From: an uncultured Verrucomicrobiae bacterium
GTDB taxonomy: Bacteria; Verrucomicrobiota; Verrucomicrobiia; Chthoniobacterales; UBA10450
Direction: 5' to 3'
Assembly: GCA_963735805.1 (NCBI GenBank)
Contig: CAVTMK010000004.1
Coordinates: 320,001-384,000, forward strand
Length of the DNA stretch: 64,000 nt
Shown here: positions 19,956 to 30,683 of the stretch, piece by piece
Layout of the letters: the number at the start of each line of letters is the position of its first letter
How positions within the stretch are numbered: position 1 is the stretch's first letter
The notes under the pieces: generated by a model
Database searches by the model: none
The model's input: the letters and a program-made list of their open reading frames with translations, nothing else
Told to the model about the DNA's origin: nothing
Translations under genes and position numbers: made by a program

Positions 19956-22900
19956 ATGCAGTCATTCCGATTTCATCCTGCGGTCGCACGGTGGTTCGAG
20001 CAGACATTCGGATCACCGACAGAGCCGCAACTGCGCGGATGGCCGGCAATCCAATCCGGTCGTCACGCGCTGATTTCTGCCCCCACGGGCTCCGGCAAAA
20101 CGCTAGCAGCGTTTCTTGCTTCGCTGGATGCGCTGTTCCGTAAAGGCACACTGGATGATTTGCCCGATGAAACGCAGGTCGTTTACGTGTCACCGCTCAA
20201 AGCATTGAGCAACGATATCCGGAAAAATTTACAGGAGCCGCTCGCTGGAATTCGCGCGTTGCTGCGTGAAACCGAAGGTCATGAGATCGACGTGCGCGCC
20301 GAAGTCCGCACGGGCGATACAACCGCGGCGCAGCGCCAGGCGCTGATCAAAAACCCACCACACATTCTCGTTACTACGCCCGAGTCTCTTTATTTGCTAC
20401 TCACTTCCGACTCCGGCCGGCGCATGTTGAGCACGGCCCGAACGCTTATCGTGGACGAGATACACGCCGTGGTGGATGACCGGCGAGGCGCGCATCTTGC
20501 CCTGAGCGTGGAGCGTTTGGTTGCGTTAACGAAATCCGCGGCCGCGAGACCGCTTCAGCGAATCGGTTTGTCCGCGACGCAGAAACCAATCGAAGAAGTA
20601 GCGCGTTTTCTGGTTGGAGCGCATGCGGTGGAAGAAGCCGGCGATCCGGATTGTGAAATCGTCGACATCGGTCACCGCCGCGAATTGGATGTGGCGATTG
20701 AACTTCCCAAGTCGCCGCTTGAGGCGGTGATGTCGAATGAAGTTTGGGAGGAGATCTACCATCGATTGGCAGAGTTGATTCAGGCGCACAAGACGACTTT
20801 GGTGTTCGTGAATACGCGTCGAATGGCCGAACGCGTGACGCACCATTTGAGCGAGCTGCTTGGTTCAGAGGCAGTGACGTCGCATCACGGAAGTCTTTCC
20901 GCGAAGCTGCGCCTGGATGCGGAAGATCGATTAAAGCGAGGCGACCTGAAAGCGCTCGTTGCCACGGCTTCCCTGGAGTTAGGCATTGATATCGGTTCGG
21001 TTGAACTCGTCTGTCAGCTCGGCACGACGCGATCCATCGCCACCCTGCTGCAGCGGGTCGGGCGGGCCGAGCACAAACGAGGTGGCCTTCCGAAGGGTCG
21101 CATTTTCCCGTTGAGCCGCGACGAGCTCGTCGAATGCGCGGCATTACTGCGTTGTGTCCAACGTGGCGAGCTTGATCGCCTGAGCATTCCTGAAAAGCCG
21201 CTGGATGTCCTGGCCCAGCAAATTGTCGCCGCAACTTCCGCGGAAGATTGGGATGAAAATGAGATCTTCAAACTTGTCTGTTCGTCCTGGCCATATCGCA
21301 ATCTCACTCGCGAAGAATTCGACGGCGTGGTGAAAATGCTCGCGGAAGGTTTCAGCACCAAGCGCGGCCGACGCTCTGCGTTGATTCATCACGATGCAGT
21401 CAATCATCGTTTGCGTGGACGGCGCGGCGCACGGCTCGTTGCGCTCACATCTGGCGGTGCGATTCCCGACAACACCGATTACCGCGTGATCCTTGAGCCG
21501 TCGGAAACTTTCGTTGGCACAGTGAACGAGGATTTCGCGGTGGAAAGCTTGGCCGGCGATATTTTCCAGCTGGGCAATGCTTCGTGGCGAATTCTCCGAA
21601 TCAACTCCGGCGTCGTCCGCGTCGAAGATGCCAAAGGCCAGCCACCGGGAATCCCATTCTGGCTCGGTGAAGCTCCGGCGCGTACATCAGAGCTATCGCA
21701 GGCCGTATCCGATTTGCGGACGGAGATGGAAAAGAGACTCGCTGGAGGCCAAAATCCCACTCAATGGCTCGGCCAGGAAGTGAAGTTGCCAGCTGAAGCG
21801 GCTGAGCAGTTGGGCGACTATTTCGCTGACGCTTATCGCTCGCTCGGCGCAATTCCGTCACAGCGAACTCTGGTCATGGAACGTTTTTTCGATGAATCGG
21901 GCGGGATGCAGCTTGTTCTTCACTCGCCCTTCGGCAATCGAATCAATCGCGCGTGGGGTCTTGCTTTACGAAAGCGTTTTTGTCGCTCCTTCAATTTCGA
22001 GCTTCAAGCAGCGGCTACGGACGACGCGATTGTGATTTCACTGGGCACACAGCATTCGTTTCCACTCGAAGAAGTTTTTCATTATCTGAATTCAAAAACG
22101 GTTCACGACCTGCTCGTTCAGGCCCTGCTCGACGCGCCGATGTTCACTATTCGCTGGCGCTGGAATGCGACGCGTTCATTGGCAGTGCCTCGGTTTCGTG
22201 GTGGCGCAAAAATCGCCGCGCCGTTGCAGCGAATGGAGTCGGAAAATCTTTTGGCGGCAGTTTTTCCAGATCAGCTCGCCTGTCTGGAACACATCGTGGG
22301 TGATCGCGAAATTCCGGACCATCCATTGGTAAAGCAGACGATCGAGGATTGTTTGACCGAAGCGATGGACATCGAAGGTTTGGAAGAAGTGTTGCGCAAG
22401 ATCGAACGTGGCGAGATCCGCTGTGTGGCGCGCGATTTACCGGAACCGTCCGCGCTCGCGTCTGAGATTCTCAACGCCCGGCCATACGCTTTTCTGGATA
22501 ATGCGCCTTTGGAGGAACGCCGGACCCAGGCGGTTTACACACGTCGCGCGTCCGAGCGCAATGGCAGCGATGCGTTAGGAGTTCTCGATGCGGAAGCGAT
22601 TGGCAAAGTGCAAAACGAAGCGTGGCCTGAAGCAACGAATGCAGATGAATTGCACGACGCATTGATGCTGCTCGGCGTAATGGCGCCAGAGGAGTTGGAG
22701 CGAACATCGGACCGCAAGAGTGCGGAACAATTCTTATCAGTACTCGTCGCCGAAAACCGGGCGACCCAGCTTATTCTTCCCACGCAATATCCGAACGATT
22801 ACAAGGTCTTGAAGTGTGGCGTTGCTGGGCCGCTTTCTAACGGCGAGGAGATTCCCGAAAAGCGCCACAGCGATGGCACACTGCCAAATGCTGGCGCGAC

Positions 22901-24434
22901 TAAGGTGTTCTGGATTGCTGCGGAACGGCTTCCAATGATTCAAGCGATTTACCCGAGCGCGCGTGTCGAGCCTGTTTTGAGTGTTCCCCAGTCGGTGCGT
23001 GGAAAAACCTGGGAACGCGCGGAAGCGATTCGCGAACAGGTTCGCGGCCGAATGGAAGTTTGCGGGCCGATCGGGGTTGATGAGTTGTCAGAGCTTTTGA
23101 TCTTGCTGCGCCCGGACGTCGAAGCGGCATTGCTGGGGCTCGAAGCCGAGGGATTTGTTTTACGCGGCAAGTTTCGACCGCAGGCAACGGATCAGGAGTG
23201 GTGCGACCGCCGGTTGCTGGCGCGAATTCATCGGCTCACGATCGATCGATTACGCGCGGAGATTCAACCCGTCTCCCCGCAGGATTTTTATCGCTTTCTT
23301 TTCGCGTGGCAGAGCGCTGATCCGGAACACCACCGTGAAGGCCCTGAAGGTTTGCAATCTGTTCTCGAACAACTGGACGGGTGCGAGCTGCCGTTGGCCG
23401 CGTGGGAATCTGCGGTCCTCGCCGCGCGAATTCCCGACTACGATCCTGAATGGCTCGACCGGCTTTGTTTTTCAGGCCGGGTTGGCTGGGCACGCTTGAG
23501 CGCGCCGCAAAATTCAAACACTCGGACGAGCGCTCCTTTACGAACAAGTCCCATCGCGCTTTATCAACGCGAGAATCTCCGGCATTGGCTAACGTTAACG
23601 CAAGCGCATTCGGAGATAGAACTCTCCGGTGCCAGCCGAATTCTGTTCGATACGCTTACAGATGGCGGGGCTCTCTTCTTTAGCGAATTGGTGCGCCGCA
23701 GCGGCCTGCTTCCTTCTCAAGTTGAAGAGGCTTTGTCGCAACTTGCCGCGCTCGGTTTGGTGACTTCAGATAGTTTCGACGGATTGCGAGCTCTTTTGGT
23801 CCCGTCGAATAAGCGTCCGACGTTTGGCCGGAATATTGGGAAACGGCGACGCAAAACAAACCTCGCCAGCATCGAGTTTGCGGGACGCTGGTCATTGCTG
23901 AGAACGGATGCCGCGTCGCGAACATTGAGAAATGGCGCGGAAAATGCCGCCTGGGACGCAGCTGTTGAAAAATTTGCGCGATTGTTGCTGCATCGGTATG
24001 GGATCGTGTTTCGCCGTTTGCTCGAACGCGAAAGTCTCCCGGTGACGTGGTATGAACTGGGACGAATTTATCGGCGATTGGAAGCGCGAGGCGAGATTCG
24101 TGGTGGCTATTTTGTGGGAGGAATCAGCGGCGAACAATTTGCCTTGCCGGAGGCTATTGGTTTATTGCGTTCCATTCGCAAGGCGTCGCTAAACGGCCAG
24201 CTGATCCCGCTGAGTGCCGCGGACCCGCTAAATTTGCAAGGAATTCTGACGCCGGGGCCACGAATCTCCGCGTTCACTGCGAATCGTATTTTGTTCTCAG
24301 GCGGATTGCCCATCGCGGCGCTCGAAGCCGGTGAGATTCGCAAACTCACGGATACGCCGGTTTCTGATTTGCAAATCGAGACGGCCCTAAGAGTCGGAAA
24401 ACTGCGGCCATCATTGCGACCATATTACAAATGA
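19956..24434 (+). CDS. lhr: Lhr-family ATP-dependent DEAD/H helicase (long form)
   Basis: [41 protein letters not shown]-terminal [15 protein letters not shown]. Confidence 0.92.
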   Translation: MQSFRFHPAVARWFEQTFGSPTEPQLRGWPAIQSGRHALISAPTGSGKTLAAFLASLDALFRKGTLDDLPDETQVVYVSPLKALSNDIRKNLQEPLAGIRALLRETEGHEIDVRAEVRTGDTTAAQRQALIKNPPHILVTTPESLYLLLTSDSGRRMLSTARTLIVDEIHAVVDDRRGAHLALSVERLVALTKSAAARPLQRIGLSATQKPIEEVARFLVGAHAVEEAGDPDCEIVDIGHRRELDVAIELPKSPLEAVMSNEVWEEIYHRLAELIQAHKTTLVFVNTRRMAERVTHHLSELLGSEAVTSHHGSLSAKLRLDAEDRLKRGDLKALVATASLELGIDIGSVELVCQLGTTRSIATLLQRVGRAEHKRGGLPKGRIFPLSRDELVECAALLRCVQRGELDRLSIPEKPLDVLAQQIVAATSAEDWDENEIFKLVCSSWPYRNLTREEFDGVVKMLAEGFSTKRGRRSALIHHDAVNHRLRGRRGARLVALTSGGAIPDNTDYRVILEPSETFVGTVNEDFAVESLAGDIFQLGNASWRILRINSGVVRVEDAKGQPPGIPFWLGEAPARTSELSQAVSDLRTEMEKRLAGGQNPTQWLGQEVKLPAEAAEQLGDYFADAYRSLGAIPSQRTLVMERFFDESGGMQLVLHSPFGNRINRAWGLALRKRFCRSFNFELQAAATDDAIVISLGTQHSFPLEEVFHYLNSKTVHDLLVQALLDAPMFTIRWRWNATRSLAVPRFRGGAKIAAPLQRMESENLLAAVFPDQLACLEHIVGDREIPDHPLVKQTIEDCLTEAMDIEGLEEVLRKIERGEIRCVARDLPEPSALASEILNARPYAFLDNAPLEERRTQAVYTRRASERNGSDALGVLDAEAIGKVQNEAWPEATNADELHDALMLLGVMAPEELERTSDRKSAEQFLSVLVAENRATQLILPTQYPNDYKVLKCGVAGPLSNGEEIPEKRHSDGTLPNAGATKVFWIAAERLPMIQAIYPSARVEPVLSVPQSVRGKTWERAEAIREQVRGRMEVCGPIGVDELSELLILLRPDVEAALLGLEAEGFVLRGKFRPQATDQEWCDRRLLARIHRLTIDRLRAEIQPVSPQDFYRFLFAWQSADPEHHREGPEGLQSVLEQLDGCELPLAAWESAVLAARIPDYDPEWLDRLCFSGRVGWARLSAPQNSNTRTSAPLRTSPIALYQRENLRHWLTLTQAHSEIELSGASRILFDTLTDGGALFFSELVRRSGLLPSQVEEALSQLAALGLVTSDSFDGLRALLVPSNKRPTFGRNIGKRRRKTNLASIEFAGRWSLLRTDAASRTLRNGAENAAWDAAVEKFARLLLHRYGIVFRRLLERESLPVTWYELGRIYRRLEARGEIRGGYFVGGISGEQFALPEAIGLLRSIRKASLNGQLIPLSAADPLNLQGILTPGPRISAFTANRILFSGGLPIAALEAGEIRKLTDTPVSDLQIETALRVGKLRPSLRPYYK

Positions 24435-24442
24435 TCCCAATG

Positions 24443-24550
24443 GTCATTCCGAGCGGAGCGAGGAACCTCACAATCGAAGCGAGTATTACCCGAACGTACT
24501 TGCCGTGACGCTCGACCCCGTGAGAGATCCTTCGCTTCGCTGAGGATGAC
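24443..24550. repeat. REP/MITE-like palindromic element
   Basis: GTCATTCCGAGCGGAGCGAGGAACCTCAC ... GTGAGAGATCCTTCGCTTCGCTGAGGATGAC, between convergent genes. Confidence 0.8.
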
Positions 24551-24567
24551 GAGCCGTTAAAGCCTCG

Positions 24568-24975
24568 TTATTTCTTGACGATCTCGGCGTTCTCGATCAT
24601 GGCGATGCCGCCGCGCTCGGCCAGCTTGCCTTTCACTGTGATCGTCTTCCCGCAGTATTCAGCAAGTTGATCGTTCATCGGCTTGTGCTCGCCGACAACC
24701 AGATAGGCTTTGCCATCGCTGACGATTCCCGCTGGTCCGCCGCTCTTGATGCACTTGGCACCGCAGGACTGGCCATGTTTTTCGCCGACGGCATTATGAT
24801 CGACGTAGCACATCATATCGACTACTTCGCCGGTGACTTCCTTTGAAGCGGCCGTGTCGTCACCATGCTCGTGCTCCTGCGCCATCGCTAGTGGGGCAGC
24901 TGTCAGTGCGACCACGAATGTCGAAGCGACTGCGATTCGAATAATCGCATGCTTGTTTGTTGTTGAATTGAACAT
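24568..24975 (-). CDS. Small exported Cys/His-containing hypothetical protein
   Basis: Signal peptide, HEHGDD, GEVVDMMCY..H...CGAKC..GGP, ITVKGKL. Confidence 0.75.
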   Translation of the reverse strand: MFNSTTNKHAIIRIAVASTFVVALTAAPLAMAQEHEHGDDTAASKEVTGEVVDMMCYVDHNAVGEKHGQSCGAKCIKSGGPAGIVSDGKAYLVVGEHKPMNDQLAEYCGKTITVKGKLAERGGIAMIENAEIVKK

Positions 24976-25066
24976 GAGGCAAATGTCGGCCTCTCCCGGG
25001 ATTGGTCAATGCAGCGACGCAGAGAATCGTGTCTGCGAGTTTGCCGCGGCAGACAAGACTGTCTCC

Positions 25067-26209
25067 TTACACGATTTTCTCAATCAAATCGGCGAACTGA
25101 TCGAAAAAGTATGATGCATCATGTGGTCCGGGCGCGGCTTCAGGGTGATATTGGACGCTGAAGATCGGCAGTTCCTTGTGCCGCATGCCTTCCACGGTGC
25201 CGTCGTTCAAATTTATGTGCGTCACTTCGACATTGGACGGCAGCGACTCCGGATCGACGGCAAACCCGTGATTCTGCGCCGTGATTGCCACTTTGCCGCT
25301 GTTCAAATCTTTCACAGGCTGGTTCGCACCGTGATGGCCAAATTTCAGTTTGTAGGTCGATCCGCCGAACGCGAATGCAAGAATCTGATGACCGAGGCAA
25401 ATCCCGAAAATCGGTTTCTGCCCCATCAAATCGCGCGTTGCTTGATGCGCATACGCGAGGGCCGCAGGATCACCGGGCCCGTTGGAAAGAAAAATGCCAT
25501 CGGGATTCAGCCCGAGCACTTCTTTGGCAGTGGTGTTCGCTGGCACCACTGTGACGCCGAAACCTTTCTGCCGCAGAAGCCGCAGGATATTTTCTTTGAT
25601 TCCATAATCGTAGGCAACGACACGAAACCGGACAGGCGGAAGCATGGGTGTGATTCCGCCGTTAGTGGATCTGACCGACCACGGCTCGCTCAGCTTGTCC
25701 TCGGGATCCCATTGGTAAATTTCGCGCGCCGAAACCTCGCGGACATAATCCATTCCGATAACGCCCTCACCTTTGATCGCCTCCTGCGTTGCTTCCTCGG
25801 GCGACATTTCTTCCGTAGTCAAACAAGCTTTCATCGCTCCACGCGTGCGCAGATGCCGCGTTAACGCGCGAGTATCAATCCCCTGCGCGCCGGGAACGTT
25901 CCATTTCTTCAAATATTCATCGAGCGACATTTCCGAGCGCCAGTTGCTTGGGGTTTCGGTCAGTTCTTCAATGACAAAGCCGCGCACATGCGGCGAACAG
26001 CTTTCCTGATCGAGTGAATTCGTGCCGTAATTGCCAATCAACGGATATGTCATCGCTACAATCTGCCCGCGATAAGAAGGATCGGTTAACACTTCCTGAT
26101 AACCGGTCATGGCTGTGTTGAAACAAACTTCGCCTACACGGGTGCCGGTTGCGCCAAATGATTCGCCTTCGAAAAATCGACCGTCTTCGAGGGCTAGGAG
26201 TGCGCGCAT
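25067..26209 (-). CDS. carA: Carbamoyl-phosphate synthase small subunit
   Basis: [42 protein letters not shown]. Confidence 0.97.
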   Translation of the reverse strand: MRALLALEDGRFFEGESFGATGTRVGEVCFNTAMTGYQEVLTDPSYRGQIVAMTYPLIGNYGTNSLDQESCSPHVRGFVIEELTETPSNWRSEMSLDEYLKKWNVPGAQGIDTRALTRHLRTRGAMKACLTTEEMSPEEATQEAIKGEGVIGMDYVREVSAREIYQWDPEDKLSEPWSVRSTNGGITPMLPPVRFRVVAYDYGIKENILRLLRQKGFGVTVVPANTTAKEVLGLNPDGIFLSNGPGDPAALAYAHQATRDLMGQKPIFGICLGHQILAFAFGGSTYKLKFGHHGANQPVKDLNSGKVAITAQNHGFAVDPESLPSNVEVTHINLNDGTVEGMRHKELPIFSVQYHPEAAPGPHDASYFFDQFADLIEKIV

Positions 26210-26250
26210 GTCACCGCGCACTGTGGATCGTGAGGCAGAATTTTCAAATT

Positions 26251-26338
26251 TGTTAGAGCGATGAATCTTTGAAGCGGCAAAGCCGAGCGGCCACAGCGCT
26301 ATGGCTTTTTAATGCTTCAACGTTTTAGCGCAGCAACG
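26251..26338. repeat. Octamer-periodic inverted repeat element (CGTTRAAG family)
   Basis: TGTTAGAG CGATGAAT CTTTGAAG CGGCAAAG, spacer, TTTTAATG CTTCAACG TTTTAGCG CAGCAACG. Confidence 0.65.
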
Positions 26339-26372
26339 AAAAACCCGGATCGAAAATTCGATCCGGGCTTTT
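26339..26372 (-). terminator. Rho-independent terminator after 6S RNA/pheT
   Basis: Inverted repeat CCCGGATCGAA/TTCGATCCGGG flanked by A and T tracts. Confidence 0.8.
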
Positions 26373-26377
26373 AAATT

Positions 26378-26560
26378 ATTACCCCGCTGATGCCGTTTAG
26401 GCGGATCTCCCGTTCCCTTTTCGTAACGGGCGGATGACCGTCGCCGTAGCATCTGACTTCCAATTAAGGCCTGCCATCTTCTCCCAGCGACTCAGCCTCC
26501 TCAAGTTAGCCAAATATCGGTTCGGGAATCCCACCTGTAATCTCGAACATCGCAGGGTAA
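26378..26560 (-). ncRNA. ssrS: 6S RNA (SsrS) candidate
   Basis: About 183 nt; 5' UUACCCUGCGAUGUUCG pairs with 3' CGGCAUCAGCGGGGUAA; internal GAACC; lies right after pheT and is followed by a terminator, a typical 6S context. Confidence 0.75.
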
Positions 26561-26666
26561 AGTCCGAAATCACCCGCGACTGATGAGAGCCGCTGGTTGA
26601 GAGTTGAGCGAAAAGCACTGGTTTTCTTCCCAACCCTCAACAAACGACTCTCAAATTTTCAAAGAA

Positions 26667-29018
26667 CTACTCCCGCAATTCTGCACCAAGGTCGCTTCGC
26701 AACCGCTCGCGAATTTTCGCATGCGCTGCATTCACTTCCTCGCTTGTGAGTGTGCGACTCCGGTCGCGATATGTCAATCGATATGCGACTGACTTTTTTC
26801 CCGGACCGAACAGTTGCTCGGCCTCTTTGCCGACGACGCGATCGAAGAAAGCGACTGTTTCCAGCAAAGCCTCCTTCTGAAGAATTACATCAGATATTTC
26901 TTCGTGACTCAGAGTATCAGGCACAATCATTGCAATGTCGCGCGTGACTGCCGGAAATTTTCCAAGTTCGCGGAAAGTCGCGTAAAGTCCTCGGCTCGTT
27001 TCCGGAAAATCAAGCGATACTTCTGCAACAAAAACCGCACCCGGAGCATCGAGTTTCGAGGAGAGCGCATTGGATAGCTGTCCGGCCATGCCAATCAATT
27101 CATGCTTTGCAAGAATGTCGACAGTAAGGGCCATGTCCCTATTTTTTTGAGGAGCACGCTGAAAAGACAATTTGTCTTTTCTCGTCAATTCAATCGTGCC
27201 CTTCAGGTCGAAAAAATCGAACGGGCGTTTTTCGGTCCGCCAGTGAACTTCACTGCCACGGTTACCCCAAAGCAGAATAGCTATTCGTTTCTTTTCTACG
27301 CCGCCAGGTGGTTCGAAAACCCTGCCTGTTTCAAAGATCGCGAGACCTTTCGCTCCAGCACGAACGTTGTGGTCAAGTACTCCCAACAACCCGGACAACA
27401 AGCTGGGGCGTAGTGCCACATGATCTTCGCTCAGCGGATTGCGTAACTCGATCGCATTTTCCGCAAACGCGAATCTTTTCCTGGGAAGCAACTTCGACGT
27501 GCGCACTTCAGTAAGGCCAGCTGCAACCAGTCGTTCGCGCATTTGTAATTCCAAATCGTGCGCCCGGTCAGCCTTGCTCGACGGCGTGAACCGGCTCTGA
27601 TCCGTTCCCGGGATTCTCTCGACGCCGTAGGCTCTTACGACTTCTTCGATGAGATCGACATCGTGCTGCAAATCTCGCCGGTAACTCGGAACTTTCCATT
27701 GCGTTATCTTGGCCGCGCTAATTTTCTTCAAACCGAATCTGGTTAGAACGTCGTCGACCGTTTTCGGTTTGATAGCGATCCCAACAACGCGATCGCATTT
27801 TTCGTATCGCAATGAAACGTCGGCAGGGTTCACCGGCAGCTTGCCGGAGACGTTGATTTCCTTTGCTGGAATTCCGCCTGCGATCTCCTCGATCAATTCG
27901 GTGGCCCGCTGCGATGCCCGGAGCACCATTTCGGGATCGACGCCGCGCTCGAATCGGTAACTGGCATCGCTCGGTAGATTTAATTCGCGCGCGGTCCTAC
28001 GAATACTCGCCGGCAAAAAATAAGCTGCTTCCAGCAATACATTCTTGGTTGACTCAGTCACGCCGGTTTCTTCTCCGCCCATCACACCGCCGATCCCGAC
28101 CGCGCGCTCCTGGTCGGCCACAACACAATTGTCCGGCTTGAGCGAATAAGTCTTTCCATCGAGTGCGAGAAATTTCTCGCCGTCACGCGCGAGGCGCACG
28201 TTGACGCCGCCATTCAGTTTGTCCGCGTCGAACGCGTGCGTCGGTTGTCCCAGCTCCAGCATCACGAAGTTCGAGATATCGACGATGTTGTTGATGGAGC
28301 GAACCCCAACGCTCTCGATCTTCGCGCGTAACCATTGCGGACTCGGCACCACCATTACGTTGTCGATCTTGCGCACGGAGAAAAACGGACATTCGCGCGT
28401 TGAGGTGATATTCACGCCGGTCTTCTTGACGGGAATTTTCGATTCGCGTGATGTTGACTTAAGATCTTTTGCTGTGAGCGCCGCAATTTCGCGCGCCAAT
28501 CCGAAGTGACTCAGCAAATCGCCACGGTTCGGTGTGATTTCGACATCGAGAATCGTGTCGCTCGGGAAGAGATCCGAGATCGGCGCCCCGATTTTCGCTT
28601 CGGGCGACAGGATCAAAAGACCGCTCGCGTCCGAGCCAAGGCCGAGTTCGGTGGGGCTGCAAAGCATTCCTTCGGATTCGACGCCGCGCAGTTTGCTTTT
28701 GCGAATCTCATTTCCGTTCGGCAGCACTGCGCCCGGCAAGGCCAGCGGAACTTTGTCGCCGACTTTGTAGTTTGTCGCGCCGCAGACGATTTGGCGTGTT
28801 GTGCCGCTACCGTCGGTCACTTCGCAAACTGTAAGCCGATCAGCATTTGGATGTCGCGACGACGCGGCGATTTGCGAAACGATCACCTTGTCGACCTTCG
28901 CTCCGTGCGTCTCGATATTCTTGGTTTCAATGCCGGCCCGAGTCAGCAATTCCGCGATCTCTCCGGGATTTTCCGGAAGATGGACAAATTCACGCAACCA
29001 ATTGACGGAGAATTTCAT
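26667..29018 (-). CDS. pheT: Phenylalanine--tRNA ligase beta subunit
   Basis: HPNADRL, QIVCGA, ITPNRGD, DASYRFERG, DLIEEV.R, RTLT. Confidence 0.97.
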   Translation of the reverse strand: MKFSVNWLREFVHLPENPGEIAELLTRAGIETKNIETHGAKVDKVIVSQIAASSRHPNADRLTVCEVTDGSGTTRQIVCGATNYKVGDKVPLALPGAVLPNGNEIRKSKLRGVESEGMLCSPTELGLGSDASGLLILSPEAKIGAPISDLFPSDTILDVEITPNRGDLLSHFGLAREIAALTAKDLKSTSRESKIPVKKTGVNITSTRECPFFSVRKIDNVMVVPSPQWLRAKIESVGVRSINNIVDISNFVMLELGQPTHAFDADKLNGGVNVRLARDGEKFLALDGKTYSLKPDNCVVADQERAVGIGGVMGGEETGVTESTKNVLLEAAYFLPASIRRTARELNLPSDASYRFERGVDPEMVLRASQRATELIEEIAGGIPAKEINVSGKLPVNPADVSLRYEKCDRVVGIAIKPKTVDDVLTRFGLKKISAAKITQWKVPSYRRDLQHDVDLIEEVVRAYGVERIPGTDQSRFTPSSKADRAHDLELQMRERLVAAGLTEVRTSKLLPRKRFAFAENAIELRNPLSEDHVALRPSLLSGLLGVLDHNVRAGAKGLAIFETGRVFEPPGGVEKKRIAILLWGNRGSEVHWRTEKRPFDFFDLKGTIELTRKDKLSFQRAPQKNRDMALTVDILAKHELIGMAGQLSNALSSKLDAPGAVFVAEVSLDFPETSRGLYATFRELGKFPAVTRDIAMIVPDTLSHEEISDVILQKEALLETVAFFDRVVGKEAEQLFGPGKKSVAYRLTYRDRSRTLTSEEVNAAHAKIRERLRSDLGAELRE

Positions 29019-30028
29019 GCGAATTGGCGGAGAAACCGCAAATCATTTTGCGCGAAGAAGCGGATGTCGGGAATGTCGAACAGAATCATCGCCAGGCGAT
29101 CCATGCCAAGGCCGAACGCGTAGCCGCTCCACTTTTCGGGATCGTAAGCTTTGTCACCGCGCGCTTTGTTGACTGCTTCGAAAACGGCTGGATGTACCAC
29201 GCCCGAGCCTGCGACTTCGATCCAGCGCTCGCCACCTTTGAGTGCTTTCGATTTCACATAAACCTCGAGACTCGGCTCGGTGAACGGGAAGAAGTGCGGA
29301 CGAAATTGCACTTCGGTTCCCGAACCGAAAAGTTCGCGCATGAAAAACTCGAGAGCGCCTTTCAAATCGGCGACGCTAACGTTTTCATCGACATAAAGTC
29401 CTTCGATCTGGTGAAACTGCGGGCTGTGGGTGGCGTCGAGTTCATCGCGACGATAGGCAGCACCTGGAGCAATGACACGAATCGGCGGAGGCGCGGCTTG
29501 CATCGTTCGAATTTGGACGGTGGAAGTGTGCGTTCGAAGCAAACGTCCGTCCGGCAAATAAAATGTGTCCTGCTCGTTTCGCGCAGGATGTTCCGGCGGC
29601 GTGTTCAGCGCATCGAAACAATGCCATTCGTCTTCAATGTCCGGGCCATCCGCGAGAGCGAAACCCATTCGCCGAAAAATTTCGATAGAACGTTCCCACA
29701 TTTGTGTGAGCGGGTGCAGCGCGCCGATTTCGTGGCGCGTTCCCGGCAGCGAGATGTCGATTCTGGCAAGCGCGTCCGATTCTTTTTCAGAGCGGAATTG
29801 CGCGTTGCGGGTTTCGATCGCGGCGGTGACGGTATTGCGAACCTCGTTGAGGAGTTTGCCAATGACTGGCTTTTCTGCCTTCGCGAGCGTTTTCATCTGT
29901 TCGCCCCAGGCAGATACGCTGCCGCTTTTGCCGAGATATTTTACGCGCGCCGCCTCAAGCGCCTGTTCGTCAGCCGTAGCTTCGATTTCGCGCAAGGCGT
30001 CGTCACGGAGCTGTTCGAGTGGATGCAT
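29015..30028 (-). CDS. pheS: Phenylalanine--tRNA ligase alpha subunit
   Basis: HPAR..QDTFY, LLRTHTS, FPFTEPS, AFGLG.DRL. Confidence 0.98.
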   Translation of the reverse strand: MHPLEQLRDDALREIEATADEQALEAARVKYLGKSGSVSAWGEQMKTLAKAEKPVIGKLLNEVRNTVTAAIETRNAQFRSEKESDALARIDISLPGTRHEIGALHPLTQMWERSIEIFRRMGFALADGPDIEDEWHCFDALNTPPEHPARNEQDTFYLPDGRLLRTHTSTVQIRTMQAAPPPIRVIAPGAAYRRDELDATHSPQFHQIEGLYVDENVSVADLKGALEFFMRELFGSGTEVQFRPHFFPFTEPSLEVYVKSKALKGGERWIEVAGSGVVHPAVFEAVNKARGDKAYDPEKWSGYAFGLGMDRLAMILFDIPDIRFFAQNDLRFLRQFA

Positions 30029-30032
30029 GAGA

Positions 30033-30104
30033 CGTGGAAGCGTTAAAGAGGTTAAGCGTCGAAGCGAATCCGCTGCAACGCATCAACAGTTCATCGCTTC
30101 TACG
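30033..30104. repeat. Octamer-periodic inverted repeat element (CGTTRAAG family)
   Basis: CGTGGAAG CGTTAAAG AGGTTAAG CGTCGAAG, 8 nt, CTGCAACG CATCAACA GTTCATCG CTTCTACG; fills the rplT-pheS gap. Confidence 0.75.
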
Positions 30105-30110
30105 GCAGGG

Positions 30111-30488
30111 TCACGCCGCCTTCTTGTTTTTCTTTTCCAGGGCGCTCTTTGCCTGATCGACCACCGACTGGAATGCGGCTTGATCCGTAACGGCCAGCTC
30201 TGCGAGAATTTTCCGGTCGAGGCCGATGCCTGCGGCTTTCAATCCTTCTGCAAGCCGGCTGTAGGTCATTCCGTTGGCACGCGCAGCTGCGTTCAGGCGT
30301 TGAATCCAGAGATAACGAAACGTGCGTTTGCGCGTTTTGCGATCGCGATACGCCCAATACTGGCCTTTCATGATCGCGTCTTTCGCGTAGCGGAAAAGTT
30401 TTGAACGGCGCCCGCGGTAACCCTTCGCTTTCTTTAAGACTCGTTTGCGTCGCGCCCGACTGGCGGGCGCGTTAGTAGCTCTTGGCAT
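30111..30488 (-). CDS. rplT: 50S ribosomal protein L20
   Basis: KKAKGYRGRRS, AYRDRK..KR.FR.LWIQRLNAAAR, LDRK.LA. Confidence 0.98.
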   Translation of the reverse strand: MPRATNAPASRARRKRVLKKAKGYRGRRSKLFRYAKDAIMKGQYWAYRDRKTRKRTFRYLWIQRLNAAARANGMTYSRLAEGLKAAGIGLDRKILAELAVTDQAAFQSVVDQAKSALEKKNKKAA

Positions 30489-30496
30489 TGTTATTT

Positions 30497-30639
30497 CCCC
30501 AAATCACTTCGGGGTTCCTCGTTCAGCAAGCTGTTTGTTCCAATTGTCGATCTTCGCGACCTCACTCGCTGATACGGTCCCGTCGCCCGGAACCAGGTGC
30601 GCAGATCGTCACGACGCGGCAGCGTCGGGAGACGAACAA
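30497..30639 (-). promoter_or_regulatory. Structured 5' leader of rplT-pheST (possible r-leader)
   Basis: Nested stems CGACGC/GCGUCG, CGAUCU/AGAUCG, ACCU/AGGU, GGUUCCG/CGGGACC and CCCCGAA/UUUGGGG just before the start codon. Confidence 0.45.
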
Positions 30640-30683
30640 TAGGTAGTGAGTCGAGAATGACAACTGCTTTCTGTAGAGGCGAC

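Noticed and set aside
19956..24434. Lhr helicase as part of an anti-phage defence system
   Set aside because: It is a standard Lhr repair-type helicase with no neighbouring nuclease, methylase or other defence genes.
26397..26633. 78-aa minus-strand ORF after pheT
   Set aside because: It overlaps the 6S RNA candidate and a repeat element, and has no protein features.
29024..30404. Long plus-strand ORFs (340 aa, 279 aa) opposite pheS/rplT, and similar antisense ORFs over carA, rpoD, the M16 peptidase and the secretin
   Set aside because: Shadow ORFs antisense to well-conserved genes; no recognisable motifs.
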